From the NCBI RefSeq assembly GCF_964355755.1, contig NC_092673.1:21325648-21389647 (forward strand): 64,000 nucleotides of DNA, read 5' to 3'. Both the position numbers and the translations under genes were made by a program. Under the pieces are notes generated by a model. It did no database searches. It saw only the letters and a program-made list of their open reading frames with translations, and was not told where the DNA came from. This document shows positions 12,936-24,058 of this stretch, piece after piece. The stretch comes from Antedon mediterranea. Its lineage: Eukaryota > Animalia > Echinodermata. Each line of letters begins with the position of its first letter. Position 1 is the first letter of the stretch.

Positions 12936-13004
12936 GTTTAACCATGGAGGTATACCTCCATGGTTTAACCATGGAGGAAATATATATTTCCTCCATGGTT
13001 TAAC
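12936..13004. mobile_element. Tandem pair of putative P-superfamily excision footprints
   Basis: GTTTAAC-[CATGGAGGTATACCTCCATG]-GTTTAAC-[CATGGAGGAAATATATATTTCCTCCATG]-GTTTAAC. Confidence 0.7.
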
Positions 13005-13327
13005 ACAAGTAGGTAAATGTATGGGCCCTTAGAGAATAGAATTAAAACCTTAAGATATAGTATTGCAATACTATACAATACTGTAACTACTTATTATTAT
13101 TAACCACTTTTAGTCACCATTTGAATATACAAATAAACTGTATTACTGTTAGTGTGGGAGGCCCTACTGTTAGATTATAAATACATAACATATAAATAAA
13201 CTATATTACTGAAAGTTGCTTCTCAATATTTGTATTAATTAATAATTACAAAACGAATATAAACGTCGCACTGGTGTATCGTCACATGTACTTTACTATT
13301 TCAATCGACTATGGCAGTGTCAGTTTT

Positions 13328-13971
13328 AACCAGAAAGCCACTCCGAGAGTGCATACCTCCGCCTACTGTAAAATTCTTCTACATCAGATTTAGTCACCGG
13401 AAAGTGTGTGTCTTAATGCTGTGTGTGATTTTGGCTAATTTCACTACAAGCATGTGTATGAGTTTGGTGTAAAGGTTATGTAACCCACCTTTCAACTAAC
13501 AATAGCTTCAGCCGACTAACAATAGAACAGAAACGCGAAAAACAAACGAGTGAATTTGAAAATGAATAGGGTTTTTGCTACAGTACTTGCATAACAAAAC
13601 TTGTACTTTAAATATAATTATGTTTTAAAATTACAAATCACAAAATATAATTATTGCCTCTTGTACAAAAATGTTTTTTGGACAAGTAGTTCTCGAGAAA
13701 ATGCAATTTTAGTATACTTGTTACTTTATGACTGCTCACCGGCTTTTGAAATTTCTGTCCTATCTTTTAATACTAGCAGGTTTGAAAATAATTTTTAAAA
13801 GTAGTCCAGAATTGGGACCGTTGTCCGGATTGCCTCCAAAAATGGGAGTGGTCATTGACTACATATCTATCTGTATTTTCATTTTGGGAAATATCTTGTA
13901 ATTATTTTTTGGGTAATCCTGCTAACAAACAAACAATTATCGATTACATATACCTCCTTGGCGGAGGTAAA
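13328..13971. mobile_element. Non-autonomous Helentron (HINE/DINE-1-like) element
   Basis: Subterminal TACCTCCGCC (13354-13363) and terminal hairpin TACCTCCTTGGCGGAGGTA (13951-13969). Absent, with no TSD, from the paralogous site at ~18511-18530. Confidence 0.7.
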
Positions 13972-14807
13972 GAAAGTATTAAATGTTTTACTGTATTTAG
14001 TAGTATATTTTGTATAGGCCTAAAACATGAAAACAATATTTCGTTGCTGAGTGGATAAAGAATATATTTCAAAATGGTTCTTTGTCCCTTCCCTCAACCT
14101 TAATGTTACATACAAAACGCAAATTGAGTTTGTTTAAATGAGTCCAAAAATCAAAAGTTTGGTTTCTCTTTCGGAAGTACTTCCCAGGGTGCTAATTTTA
14201 GTTGACTACATAAATCATCGTGTCTATTCGTTTCTGAAAACGAAAATAGTCCTAAGATACGTACATTTCAAATCGCCTTCTTTTTACGCTGAAATTACTG
14301 TGTATTCGAGAACGTCAATCTAGTATACACAATTACTGATTCTCACTATTTGTTAGAATTCAATTTTTTTTTTAATCATATGAAATGTTAATTTGTAAAT
14401 ATTTATTAATTTTTGTTGAAAATACTTTCCTGGTTTAATTAATGTTCGGATTAAGATAACCATTTATTTCTTCTTTCTCTCAATGCGTAAAAAAGTGTTT
14501 ATAAAGTAAAAGGCAGACACCGTAGTTTATGATATGGTAATGAATCGCATACTCTCAATATCAACATGATTTTAAAGGAAAAACATAATATTTTGAACTT
14601 TCATTCCAAGGACAAGTGAGTGTATGCATTAGAGACATGACTATTGATTAAAGTATTCTTGATTGGTTCTGATTGAGTGAATTTTAGAAAGACGTCACGT
14701 ACTATATGAGATGTGGGTTTTGTTAGCATGCCTTTCCCCTCTCTAATCGATCTGTCACCGACGCAATCGGCCGGAGCGCTCCTAGATTCGTTCACGACGA
14801 CAGTTGA

Positions 14808-14973
14808 AGCTTGGTTCCCACTAGCGACGCAACCTACGCAACGTAAGAAAATGCCCTTCCAATATAATATTGTGTTTGCCCCCGCCTGCGTGAAATAAAA
14901 CCTGCGATATTTGCAGCTTACGTCGATACGTCGTAGCGTTGCGTTACGTTGCGTCGCTAGTGGGAACCACGCT
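14808..14973. mobile_element. PIF/Harbinger-like MITE (family B)
   Basis: AGCTTGGTTCCCACTAGCGACGCAAC ... GTTGCGTCGCTAGTGGGAACCACGCT. Confidence 0.8.
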
Positions 14974-14992
14974 TTATCGCGGTATAATGTAC

Positions 14993-15042
14993 GTACAATC
15001 ATAGAGATATTATAGTGAACTATATTATCTCTATGGTACAAT
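14993..15042. mobile_element. Putative P-superfamily excision footprint (17+2+17 bp)
   Basis: GTACAAT-[CATAGAGATATTATAGT-GA-ACTATATTATCTCTATG]-GTACAAT. Confidence 0.75.
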
Positions 15043-17079
15043 ATATGAGCATATCACATTTTTTTGTCACTTAAAGTTTGATAGTGTAGACAGAGCTTAA
15101 GAAGAAGTCTTTATATTTTGCATGTATAATAATATAGTAATCATTTATATCGAACTTTTCTTGGCGACGTCGGTCACCAAAACTGCCAAGTTACATTTAT
15201 CAATTAATGTCAGCACTGTAATTCTATAAAACGTCTCGTCGTACATTACCCTCTCGTGTTGTTTTCAACATCAACATAGTTTAATATCATTGAGAAAACA
15301 AAATGATAATAATGATTGTTATTCAATTTGATTGTACACTCTGTCTCGGGTGTATAGCATAGTTCAAAGCGTTCCTTAGCGCATATGGACTTACTTCTAT
15401 GCTTTTGTATGTTATAGAATTTCCATTTGACATAGCTAACGAATTAAAATTGATTGATAAGAAAGAGTTGGCATAATGTTTGTGCAGTCACCTTTGTATC
15501 ACGATGCTACTTGCCTTTAAGGATAGTTAATTCTACCCACTTTACTGTCTACTAGAAAAACATCATTTGCAAATCAAAATGAATGTCTAACGCCAACGTA
15601 TCGTTGTCTGTGAGACGTGCACGATATGTTATGATGGGGGTATATTTCTACTGAGAATTAAAATGGATATCAACATGTTTGTTTGAATGATCCCCAGGGA
15701 AATTTATGAATAGAAAAATAACGTTTACCAAATACATGCAATGATTTAATACTAATAAAACACAATATTAAAGTGGTAAATCTTGTGTTGAGCAGTGCTT
15801 ACTATCTGTCATTAAATATGTGAATGTCTACACCAAGAACCGTACACAGTCCTAAACTGTAAACAACATACCACAACTATACCATACAGATCCAGCCTTT
15901 TCAGTCTTTGGTGCTGGTTTGGAAGATGTTTTATACTATAATAACTAAATAAAAAATAATCGAAATCCACTTTTTAAAACTTATTTTACGCCAATATATA
16001 TACAGTATAGGCCTGCTTTGCGTTATAGAACCACGATGTATCGATTTATAAAAGAACCGAAATTTGTCATTTTTCGACACAAGCTCCATTAAACAAATTC
16101 AAAATCACCAAAAATAAGAACGTTTTATGCAAATTGTAGTATACACCTGTATATATCATAAGTGCTTTAGTACGAAAATCGTATCAAAATAATAATTAAG
16201 ACTAAAAATGCAAGATTAGATGCTAACCTTGATTCTATAGCTAGCAACGGCACTAGAAGAAGTCATTGATCTCAACCGCTGTCAAGCTACCGACAAAACT
16301 ACATTCCTCTTTGCAGAATGCCGATATTCTTCTTTTGACTATCGCAGTGATCGCTCTACCATGCGCAATGACGTCATATGACTAGGTGAGCGCGTATAAG
16401 TTACGTCATACGCGTCATGTTTTCTTGTTTTTATAATATTCTTGATCTCATGATCTGAAATGGAATCGTATCGTATCGTATATCGTTGATATTAGAGCAA
16501 AACAATTAACATCGAAATTATTTATTTTAGTTTGGCGGGAAACGTACAAATACGCAACAACATGTCAATACTAATTGAGATTATCTTCTAAATCCCAAGA
16601 ACTGGATTTACATCCTCATTTTACAGTGTCAATATTATCAATCAATTTACTTGGGCATCTTGAGAATAAAATAACATGATTGTCAATATATCATTCAACA
16701 GATTCATTCTGTGATTTTAATACATTATGAAATTGCCGGTGCTACACCAACGGTAATCAACGTGAATGGTAATCAATGTGATTTTTATAATTAAACGTAC
16801 TTGGGCAGACTGTGAATTAACAGTATTAATCACAAAGCATAAAACTGTATTCCACCTTGACAAAATTCACAATATCATTTTTGTAATAATTTATATATAC
16901 AGTACAGTTTAATTAATTAATTAATGTTTTCTAATCTAGCCTTTCATTTAAATGCAAAATTAGTATTAGTTCAATATTTGTCAATCCATAAAGAGACGCG
17001 ATATATCGTTCGTATGCGGTAAAAATCATTGATGACTTTTGTAAGCGCTTGTCACGTTTTAAGTTTTGTTCTCACTAAA

Positions 17080-17335
17080 GCGTGGTTCCCACTAGCGACG
17101 CAACGCAAGGACGTAACGCAATACGTAGGCCCAACGCAGTGAGTTGACCAATCATAAGCGATAGTTTGGATGATCCGTCGCGTCGTGATTGGTCGAATCG
17201 ATCGCGGTGCGCGTACGTCTTAGCGTTGCGTACGAGAGTGGCACCCATTCTTAAAGCTGTGTTCTCACTAGAGGACGCAACACATGCACCATCGCTTGTG
17301 ATTGGTCAAATTACTTGCGTTGCGCTTACGACGGC
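17080..17335. mobile_element. Two adjacent family-B MITE copies
   Basis: AGCGTGGTTCCCACTAGCGACGCAACG... then AAAGCTGTGTTCTCACTAG... Confidence 0.7.
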
Positions 17336-17864
17336 TTAAGCCTATGGATTATTCAAACTCGCATCAAAATACAATATAACACTTCCAACATATTTAATAA
17401 GTAAACTAAACTAAACAGTGGTAACATAAACAACACACTAGCAGTTGTCGTAGACAGCTGCGTGCTGAAGATTGTACTGTTTTGACGATTGTTATTCTAT
17501 CTTCCAGGCTATTAACACCGCATTTAACCCATCTCTTGGATGCCTGACATAAATCAAGGGACCGAGTGGGCCAGCGAACAACACCTCTGCACTTAGAGAT
17601 AAATATGATAGAAGAATGGTTCCGTAATGTAATTATGAGGCAGGCACCCCACACTGTCAGCTGGCAAAGGGTCGAGATTCTTTCAATATAGTAATATTAG
17701 TTCATGTTCTTAAACTAATCTATCGCATAATCTGGAAAGCTTTACTCTTACGTCATGCATGTTTGCTTAAGGGAGTCGGACTGGATCTTGAGTCGGGCCT
17801 GCTGAGACAAGGTACGGGGAAAACTAATCTAAGGCCTATATATACATTTACGTAAGGGCAAAAT

Positions 17865-18872
17865 TTGGTAAATCGTGCGTTATTTCTAGAATGTTTACTC
17901 AATTTTATATAAAGTTGGTTCGTACTTTCGGTACTGATTTTACCACCTGATGTAACCCTGTTTACTAATTAAATTGAGTTCGATAATTAGTTATTGACAA
18001 TTAAAACGAATTTAGGTTCAACGATTTGCCACAAATAGGGGTGTTTTCCAATAGTGGTATACACTGTCTAATGGATGTCCATCTTGAAAAATACCCGCAC
18101 ACAATAATACAAGGATGCTTCGCATTTTCCTATCTCCTCCTACGATAATTGTTTTTAGTTTAATAATAATTGTATAGGTTATGCCCTTAGAGAATAAACT
18201 AAAAACCTTAAGATATAGTATTGCAATAAAATACAATACTTTAAATACCTATTAACCCCTTTTGGTCACCATTTGAATCGCAAATTTCTTACTGTGAGTG
18301 TTAATATAAACAAATATACAAATAGAACTGTATTACTGTGAGTGTGGGAGGCCCTACTGTTAGATTATAAACACATAATAAACAAATAAACTATATTACT
18401 GACAGTTGCTTCTCAACGTTTGTATTAATTAATAATTACAAAACAAATATAAATGTCGTACTGGTGTATCGTCACATGTACTTTACTATTTCGATCGACT
18501 ATGGCAGTGACAGTTTTAACAAAGTATTAAATCGAAAATGTTTTACTGTATTTAGTGGTATATTATTTATAGGCCTATTAACCCTTTAACAAAATATTTC
18601 GTTGCTGAGTGGATAAAGAATATATTTAAAAATTGTTCCTCTTTGTACCTTCCCTCAACCTTAATGTTACATACAAAACTCAAATATGGTTTGTTTAAAT
18701 GAGTCCAAATCAAAAATTTGGACTCATTTTGTGACAACTTTCTCTTTCGGAAGTAATTCACAGGGTGATAATTTTAGTTGACTACATAAATCATCGTGTC
18801 TATTTATTCGTTTCTGTAAACGACAATGTATTATAGTCCTGCGGTAGTACATTTGAAATCGCCAGTTTTTAC
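17865..18872 (+). repeat. Dispersed ~1-kb repeat, copy 2
   Basis: Direct repeat of 12494-14290 lacking its insertions. Confidence 0.9.
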
Positions 18873-18997
18873 TCTAGGACTCGCCCATCTTCTCCTCTTC
18901 TTCTTCCATCTGGACAATATTGAGTCAACTTTCAAGTTCTACTAGTTTTTTACGCGTTGTCTGACGGCTTTGAAACATGGCATGCATATACTAGGGT

Positions 18998-20020
18998 AAT
19001 AGGTGAACAAAGCTATAGAGAGAAAATATTCGTACTTCAACCGAATGCAGATGATGTCATAAACATGGTACCATTCGAAAAAATTTCGATTTATAAAGTA
19101 CTACTCCTCCCTTATTCATTGTAGTATTGAGCTGGGATTTGACATGTCCTCAAAGCTAAGAGCCGGATTTTTTAATTTCAAACCGGATACAGCCATATGA
19201 CGTCTCGAAGATAGTACCTTGGTGCCAAACGATTTTCGTCTTAATATAGCCGTGTTTGGTGTCATTTCAAAGGTCTTGAGAATAAAAATATATACAGTAA
19301 AACCTATTGATGATATTGTGACGTCACTTTTGCTCCCGGAAATAGCAAAAAATCCCATAAGATTATTTTTTAAATTGCGCTTTATATTGTTTCAACGCAA
19401 ACTAAGTTACTATGTATGATTAAAAATACAATTCTTTCATATATGACATATTCGTTTTTGTTGTGAGTTTGTTGTTTTTTAATACCGCACCAAACAGTTC
19501 TAAACTGGATGCGTTGAAGTGTATGCTACTGAGAAACAATTGAGTGGCTAGTTCGTGGTTCAACAACACTCAAGAATATTGTTATGTAAGCCGTATGCAT
19601 GCTGATTATATATCACCATATCATCTTCCTCATCGTCTCCTGCAATTCATCATCTCATTAGTAACATTTATTTGGCCATTTTTCGTATTTTTTTCTCCCG
19701 AAAAAATTACAAAAATATCCACTTTTAAAATTCAATAATTATGCCATAATATTGCCATATATTGTGTTATCATCCTGTAGAGTCATAGAAACTAGTTATG
19801 TCAAAAATTAAAAGGGTCGAAATGTGTAAATTTTTCGAAAATTTCCCAAAGTATCCACTTTTTAAAATTCAATAATTATGCGATAATATTTCCATATATG
19901 GGCATATATTGTGTTATCATCTTATAGACATAGTAACTATTTATGTCAACAAATAAAAGGGTCATAATTTGCCCATTTTTTTAAGATTGGCCAAAATATT
20001 CACTTTTTAAAATATGTATT
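18998..20020. mobile_element. Probable non-autonomous rolling-circle-type (HINE-like) element with internal tandem subrepeats
   Basis: Starts aataggtgaacaaagctatagag, with three degenerate ~135-140-bp subrepeats (atatccacttttaaaattcaataattatg) at 19715-20010. The start resembles that at 27579. The classification is inferred. Confidence 0.4.
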
Positions 20021-21355
20021 TAGGTAACATGCGCAGACCACATTATGTGATTCTGCGCATGTTACATGATATTATCTAGTTGTGTCAATGCGCACACTAT
20101 GTGATTCTGCGCATGTCACATTATGATATAGTAACAGTGTAAAACAGCGTTCCATACTTGTGATTACGTGTACTGTCTTTCAAGAAACGACGCATTTAAG
20201 TTTGTTTATTTTCATCCTCTACGTCTACATCTGACTTCATTTGGGTAAGGCTGTGTATATATTATTCTTTCACATTGATGACAGACTAAACTCATCACAT
20301 GGACTTTTAGAGCACAAGGCTTTTAACGCGATATTGTTACTATAGTATGGAGATTTGGCGGGCTGTTGGTTGTACAATGCGTTGACAATGAACGCGTTTC
20401 AACTATGTTAATGTTCACAATCAAATCAATCCATCAATACAATTATCTTGCCAAATAAAATACACAAAATAACAATTTAAAAGGAATTTAAATATCTGTA
20501 GACATTTGTTTCTTGTTATGATGCGAACATGACATATTTTATTGTTTGTTTGGTTTCTTTTTAGGAATAATATAAACGCAATGAATGCTTACAAAAAACT
20601 ACAAAACCTGTAACGCGTTAAACAAATTTGTAACGAAAATGTAAGCCAAAGTTGACATAATACAGGCCTACACAGAATCATCAGAAAATCTACAAAACAA
20701 ATGTTACCAAATACCTCTTCTGTGACAATGGTGTGTGCAAGTAGCAACCAAGTTGAGAAAACGGCTCTAGATTTGAGGAAACTAAACTTAAGTAAGTGAC
20801 CTTTGACATACTCCGGTTAAATAAATTAAGAAATATTAAACATTGAATATATTTAGCAATATTAAATAAACAATTAAAATAATATATTATTATTATTTAC
20901 AATCAACATAATAAATTACTGTAAAACGTATTTCCAACTTAAATTATCTGATCTCATTAGGAAGCCCAAAACTAAGCATTTATTATACAGTATACATGTA
21001 TAACTGTAAAACAATGTAACATTACGTCTAAATTTTAAATATCACACACACGCTGCTTCTTAAATAAAATTATAATACAAATTAATTATCCATTTAATAG
21101 TGTCTAACATTTATATATTTTACATATTCATATTTTACAATTCGATCAATATTGGTAGTGAAAATCATAAATGTTTGAATTAATCTTTTGGTCAGTCAGT
21201 CGGTCGGTCAGGCCGTTTAGTAGAGCACGTAGTTGCAGTCATTCAATTTAAATGAGAGTACTGTACTGTAAGTCTGTCGTCAGTTGGTCTAAGTTAGGTC
21301 AGTGTTGTCAGCCAGTTGTTGAGTTTGGTGGTAGTCAGTCGATGTTCGGTCGTCA

Positions 21356-21728
21356 TTAGGGACTTTACGAAACAGGACGGTTAGGGTAGGACGACGGACA
21401 TCCTATGTTCGCTAGAGCGTAAAATCATATAAAGTCAGTCGACATAGCCGTTTTATTACGACGACGAACGGCAGTATCTCTCTCCCTCTCCCATGTCTTG
21501 CAGCGTGGGGTCCTTTTGAATCGCTTGGCTCTGGTGGTACAGGATGTAGGCATACCTTTCTAGCTAGGTGCCTTGCATTCAAAATATTTAGAGTTTTGAA
21601 AATGGCAATTGTATCGTCCTCAAAAAGTTAAGACGACAGAATGCTAAGCTCCGCCCACAAAAGTTTATGCATACATTATTCACGAGCACCGTCCTGTGGC
21701 TTCCCGTCCTGTCTCATAAAGTCCCTAA
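21356..21728. mobile_element. Unclassified TIR MITE downstream of the dopamine receptor CDS
   Basis: TTAGGGACTTTACGAAACAGGACGG ... CCGTCCTGTCTCATAAAGTCCCTAA inverted termini, inserted in a degenerate (GTCA)n tract. Confidence 0.7.
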
Positions 21729-22348
21729 TTACGAGTCGACGGTTTTCTTACACAATATAAAAGTAAGTTGGTCAGTTGGTCGCCTGGTCAGTTGGTCAGT
21801 TAAACTATAATAATCAGTCAGTCACCTTACGGACAGCAAGTCTGTCAGTCAATGACGATATAGCTACTTCATTACAAAGTCTAGATACGGTTTTAAAATT
21901 TAAAAAAGTCATGAGTTCGATACTTGTGTCTGATACTGTGATGTACAACATCTATGTATAAACAATGGATGACAATTATACTTTGCGAATATCACTTTGT
22001 GCATTATAATTTAGGCTTAATCTACTATTATAATAACAATTTTATGGACAACGTACTATTCATCTCAGGTATCAAATTATGTTTGGTGGTATACAGGTTT
22101 GATTACAGTGGAATGCAATTTACAAATTAGTCTTAAAATCAAATAATCCTGTTGAGAAATCAGTTCAGTATTGTTATACAAAGTTGAATATAAATCAACC
22201 GTAAGAATCTTTTAAGTGATTCGTAAATGCATCCATCTAGTTGTCAGATTTTCTTGTAATTACGGCAACTGCACAATTTTCCCGCGTTGTAGTCTCGTCC
22301 TGCGTTCGGTAAATTGACGTCATCAACACTTACATTCGTCATCATTCA

Positions 22349-23725
22349 TCATAATGTTGTTATTCGCTCAAGAACCACCGTTGGTGACTCGTTATGATTA
22401 AATAAATCATCTTCTTTTAATCTATCTCCACTTCCATTCATCACCGTATTTCCTCTTTTTGCTAGAAGGGGTTGCCTAGCAACTGGTAAAGCAGCAAACC
22501 TGTTGTAACTTTTCTTGATAGGAGGAAGGGTTATGCTCCCCGAACAATGCTTTTTAATGGCTATTGGACCCGCCATCGTTACAAACGTTTTTGAGCGTTT
22601 GTGCCTTGCATTCATGCATTCCAAACGCAGTATACTTTTAAATGCGAATCTAAAATCCTTGTTGAATATACCATAAATAATTGGATTTAGCGTTGAGTTG
22701 CAATAGCCAAGCCAAGTTAAAAGACTAAATAAGACGGGCGACGAACATTCCGGACAGAATGATGAAACCACGTTTACAGTAAAAAATGGAACCCAACAAA
22801 ATAGAAACACACCCATAATGATACCGAGCGTCACTGCGGCTTTGTGGTCGCGTACTGCGTTTGGCGAATGGTAACCGGATTCGCGGGAGTCGTGATTTCC
22901 GATACGTCCTTGTTTTGCGTTACGCACGTGTTCACGTACCGCAACAAAAATTCTTGAATAAATTGACGTCATTACAAAGCAAGGTAAAACAAAACTAACA
23001 AAAGAAGAGAGAGTTGCGTAAATTAGATTGATATCTTCCAATGTACACACGTTCTCGTCGTCATCCTCTTGTACAACGTCGGTGGAGTTATTCCCTTCGT
23101 GCCAACCGAGTTGGATCGGCATAAATGATATCAAAGCAGACATTATCCAAACAAAAGAAATAGTAACAAGAGCTCTTGTTGTCGTCATCCATTGATAGTA
23201 ATGTAATGGTTTCTTAATATGCATATATCTATCAACACTAATTGCACATAAATTCAATATAGACGCTGTTGAAAACATGACATCAAACGATATCCATATA
23301 GTGCAGAATGGTTTACCAAACGACCAATACCCTCGAATGTCATTTGATGCGGCGAACGTCATGACTAAAATAGACACGAGGAGGTCTGCCATAGCTAGCG
23401 ATACAATAAAACTGTTTGCCGTTTTTCGTAGCTTCGGGTAGGTGGCAACCGCCAGGCAAACTAAAATATTTCCGACAATTGAAGCTACAATGATTGTGCC
23501 TAAAATAAGCAACATTGCTATCCTCGTCGCTGGCGTAAAACTCCCGTCATCCGAGTCGTCTTCGTCGTCGGTTCCATTCTCCGGAATCGTCGTGTTGTCG
23601 TACGACCAAGTAGTCGTAAACATTATACATGTGCCTGTTGGTCGTTCAAAATTGTCTATGCTAGCTGATGATCCCTGTACGACACTTTCTTGTATACGGA
23701 CACTTGCTCGATCGGATCGGTACAT
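22349..23725 (-). CDS. Dop1R1: D1-like dopamine receptor (invertebrate Dop1 type), 458 aa, intronless CDS
   Basis: TM3 FDVMFSTASILNLCAISVDRY (D3.32); TM5 ATLSSFVSF (three catechol-binding serines); short ICL3 ending DHKAAVTLGIIMGVFLFCWVPFF (Dop1 signature); TM7 WLGYCNSTLNPIIY; N-terminal glycosylation sequons. Confidence 0.93.
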   Translation of the reverse strand: MYRSDRASVRIQESVVQGSSASIDNFERPTGTCIMFTTTWSYDNTTIPENGTDDEDDSDDGSFTPATRIAMLLILGTIIVASIVGNILVCLAVATYPKLRKTANSFIVSLAMADLLVSILVMTFAASNDIRGYWSFGKPFCTIWISFDVMFSTASILNLCAISVDRYMHIKKPLHYYQWMTTTRALVTISFVWIMSALISFMPIQLGWHEGNNSTDVVQEDDDENVCTLEDINLIYATLSSFVSFVLPCFVMTSIYSRIFVAVREHVRNAKQGRIGNHDSRESGYHSPNAVRDHKAAVTLGIIMGVFLFCWVPFFTVNVVSSFCPECSSPVLFSLLTWLGYCNSTLNPIIYGIFNKDFRFAFKSILRLECMNARHKRSKTFVTMAGPIAIKKHCSGSITLPPIKKSYNRFAALPVARQPLLAKRGNTVMNGSGDRLKEDDLFNHNESPTVVLERITTL

Positions 23726-24058
23726 TAGTTACATTACTTTGAACGTGTTTGCTTTTCTTCAAGTACACATACTGCGTCGACGATTCCTCAATGGCACGAG
23801 TTTATTCTCAGATGGGTTGTAGCCGACAGATTATCCTATTAGTATCTTCCTGATAAATGAGTATTAATCAATAGCTTATACGTTGATTGAATGGTTAAAC
23901 CCACGGTTACTTTGCGTTCGTTAAGAAGTATTTAAGTCAATTGTCGATCATCTTATCAACGAGATTCTAATTAGGTGATCGGCGAGTTCCTTCGTATGAC
24001 ATTCTCGTGTTGATAGACACTAACGTGTCATCAATTTAAAGCCGGATACTGTTACCTC
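23726..24058 (-). other. 5' UTR portion of the dopamine receptor coding exon (splice acceptor at 24059-24060)
   Basis: Minus-strand tattctatcttgcag|GAGG acceptor 333 nt upstream of the first in-frame ATG. Confidence 0.55.

Larger units (their letters stand above)
12494..14290 (+). repeat. Dispersed ~1-kb repeat, copy 1 (carries two insertions relative to copy 2)
   Basis: Colinear, high similarity to 17865-18872 from gttatttctagaatgtttactc through gtacattt.aaatcgcc. Confidence 0.9.

Noticed and set aside
14601-15041. 146-aa minus-strand ORF
   Set aside because: It spans a family-B MITE and the footprint palindrome, has a TTG start and shows no protein motifs.
23442-23822. 126-aa plus-strand ORF
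   Set aside because: Antisense shadow of the dopamine receptor CDS with a GTG start and no recognisable motifs.
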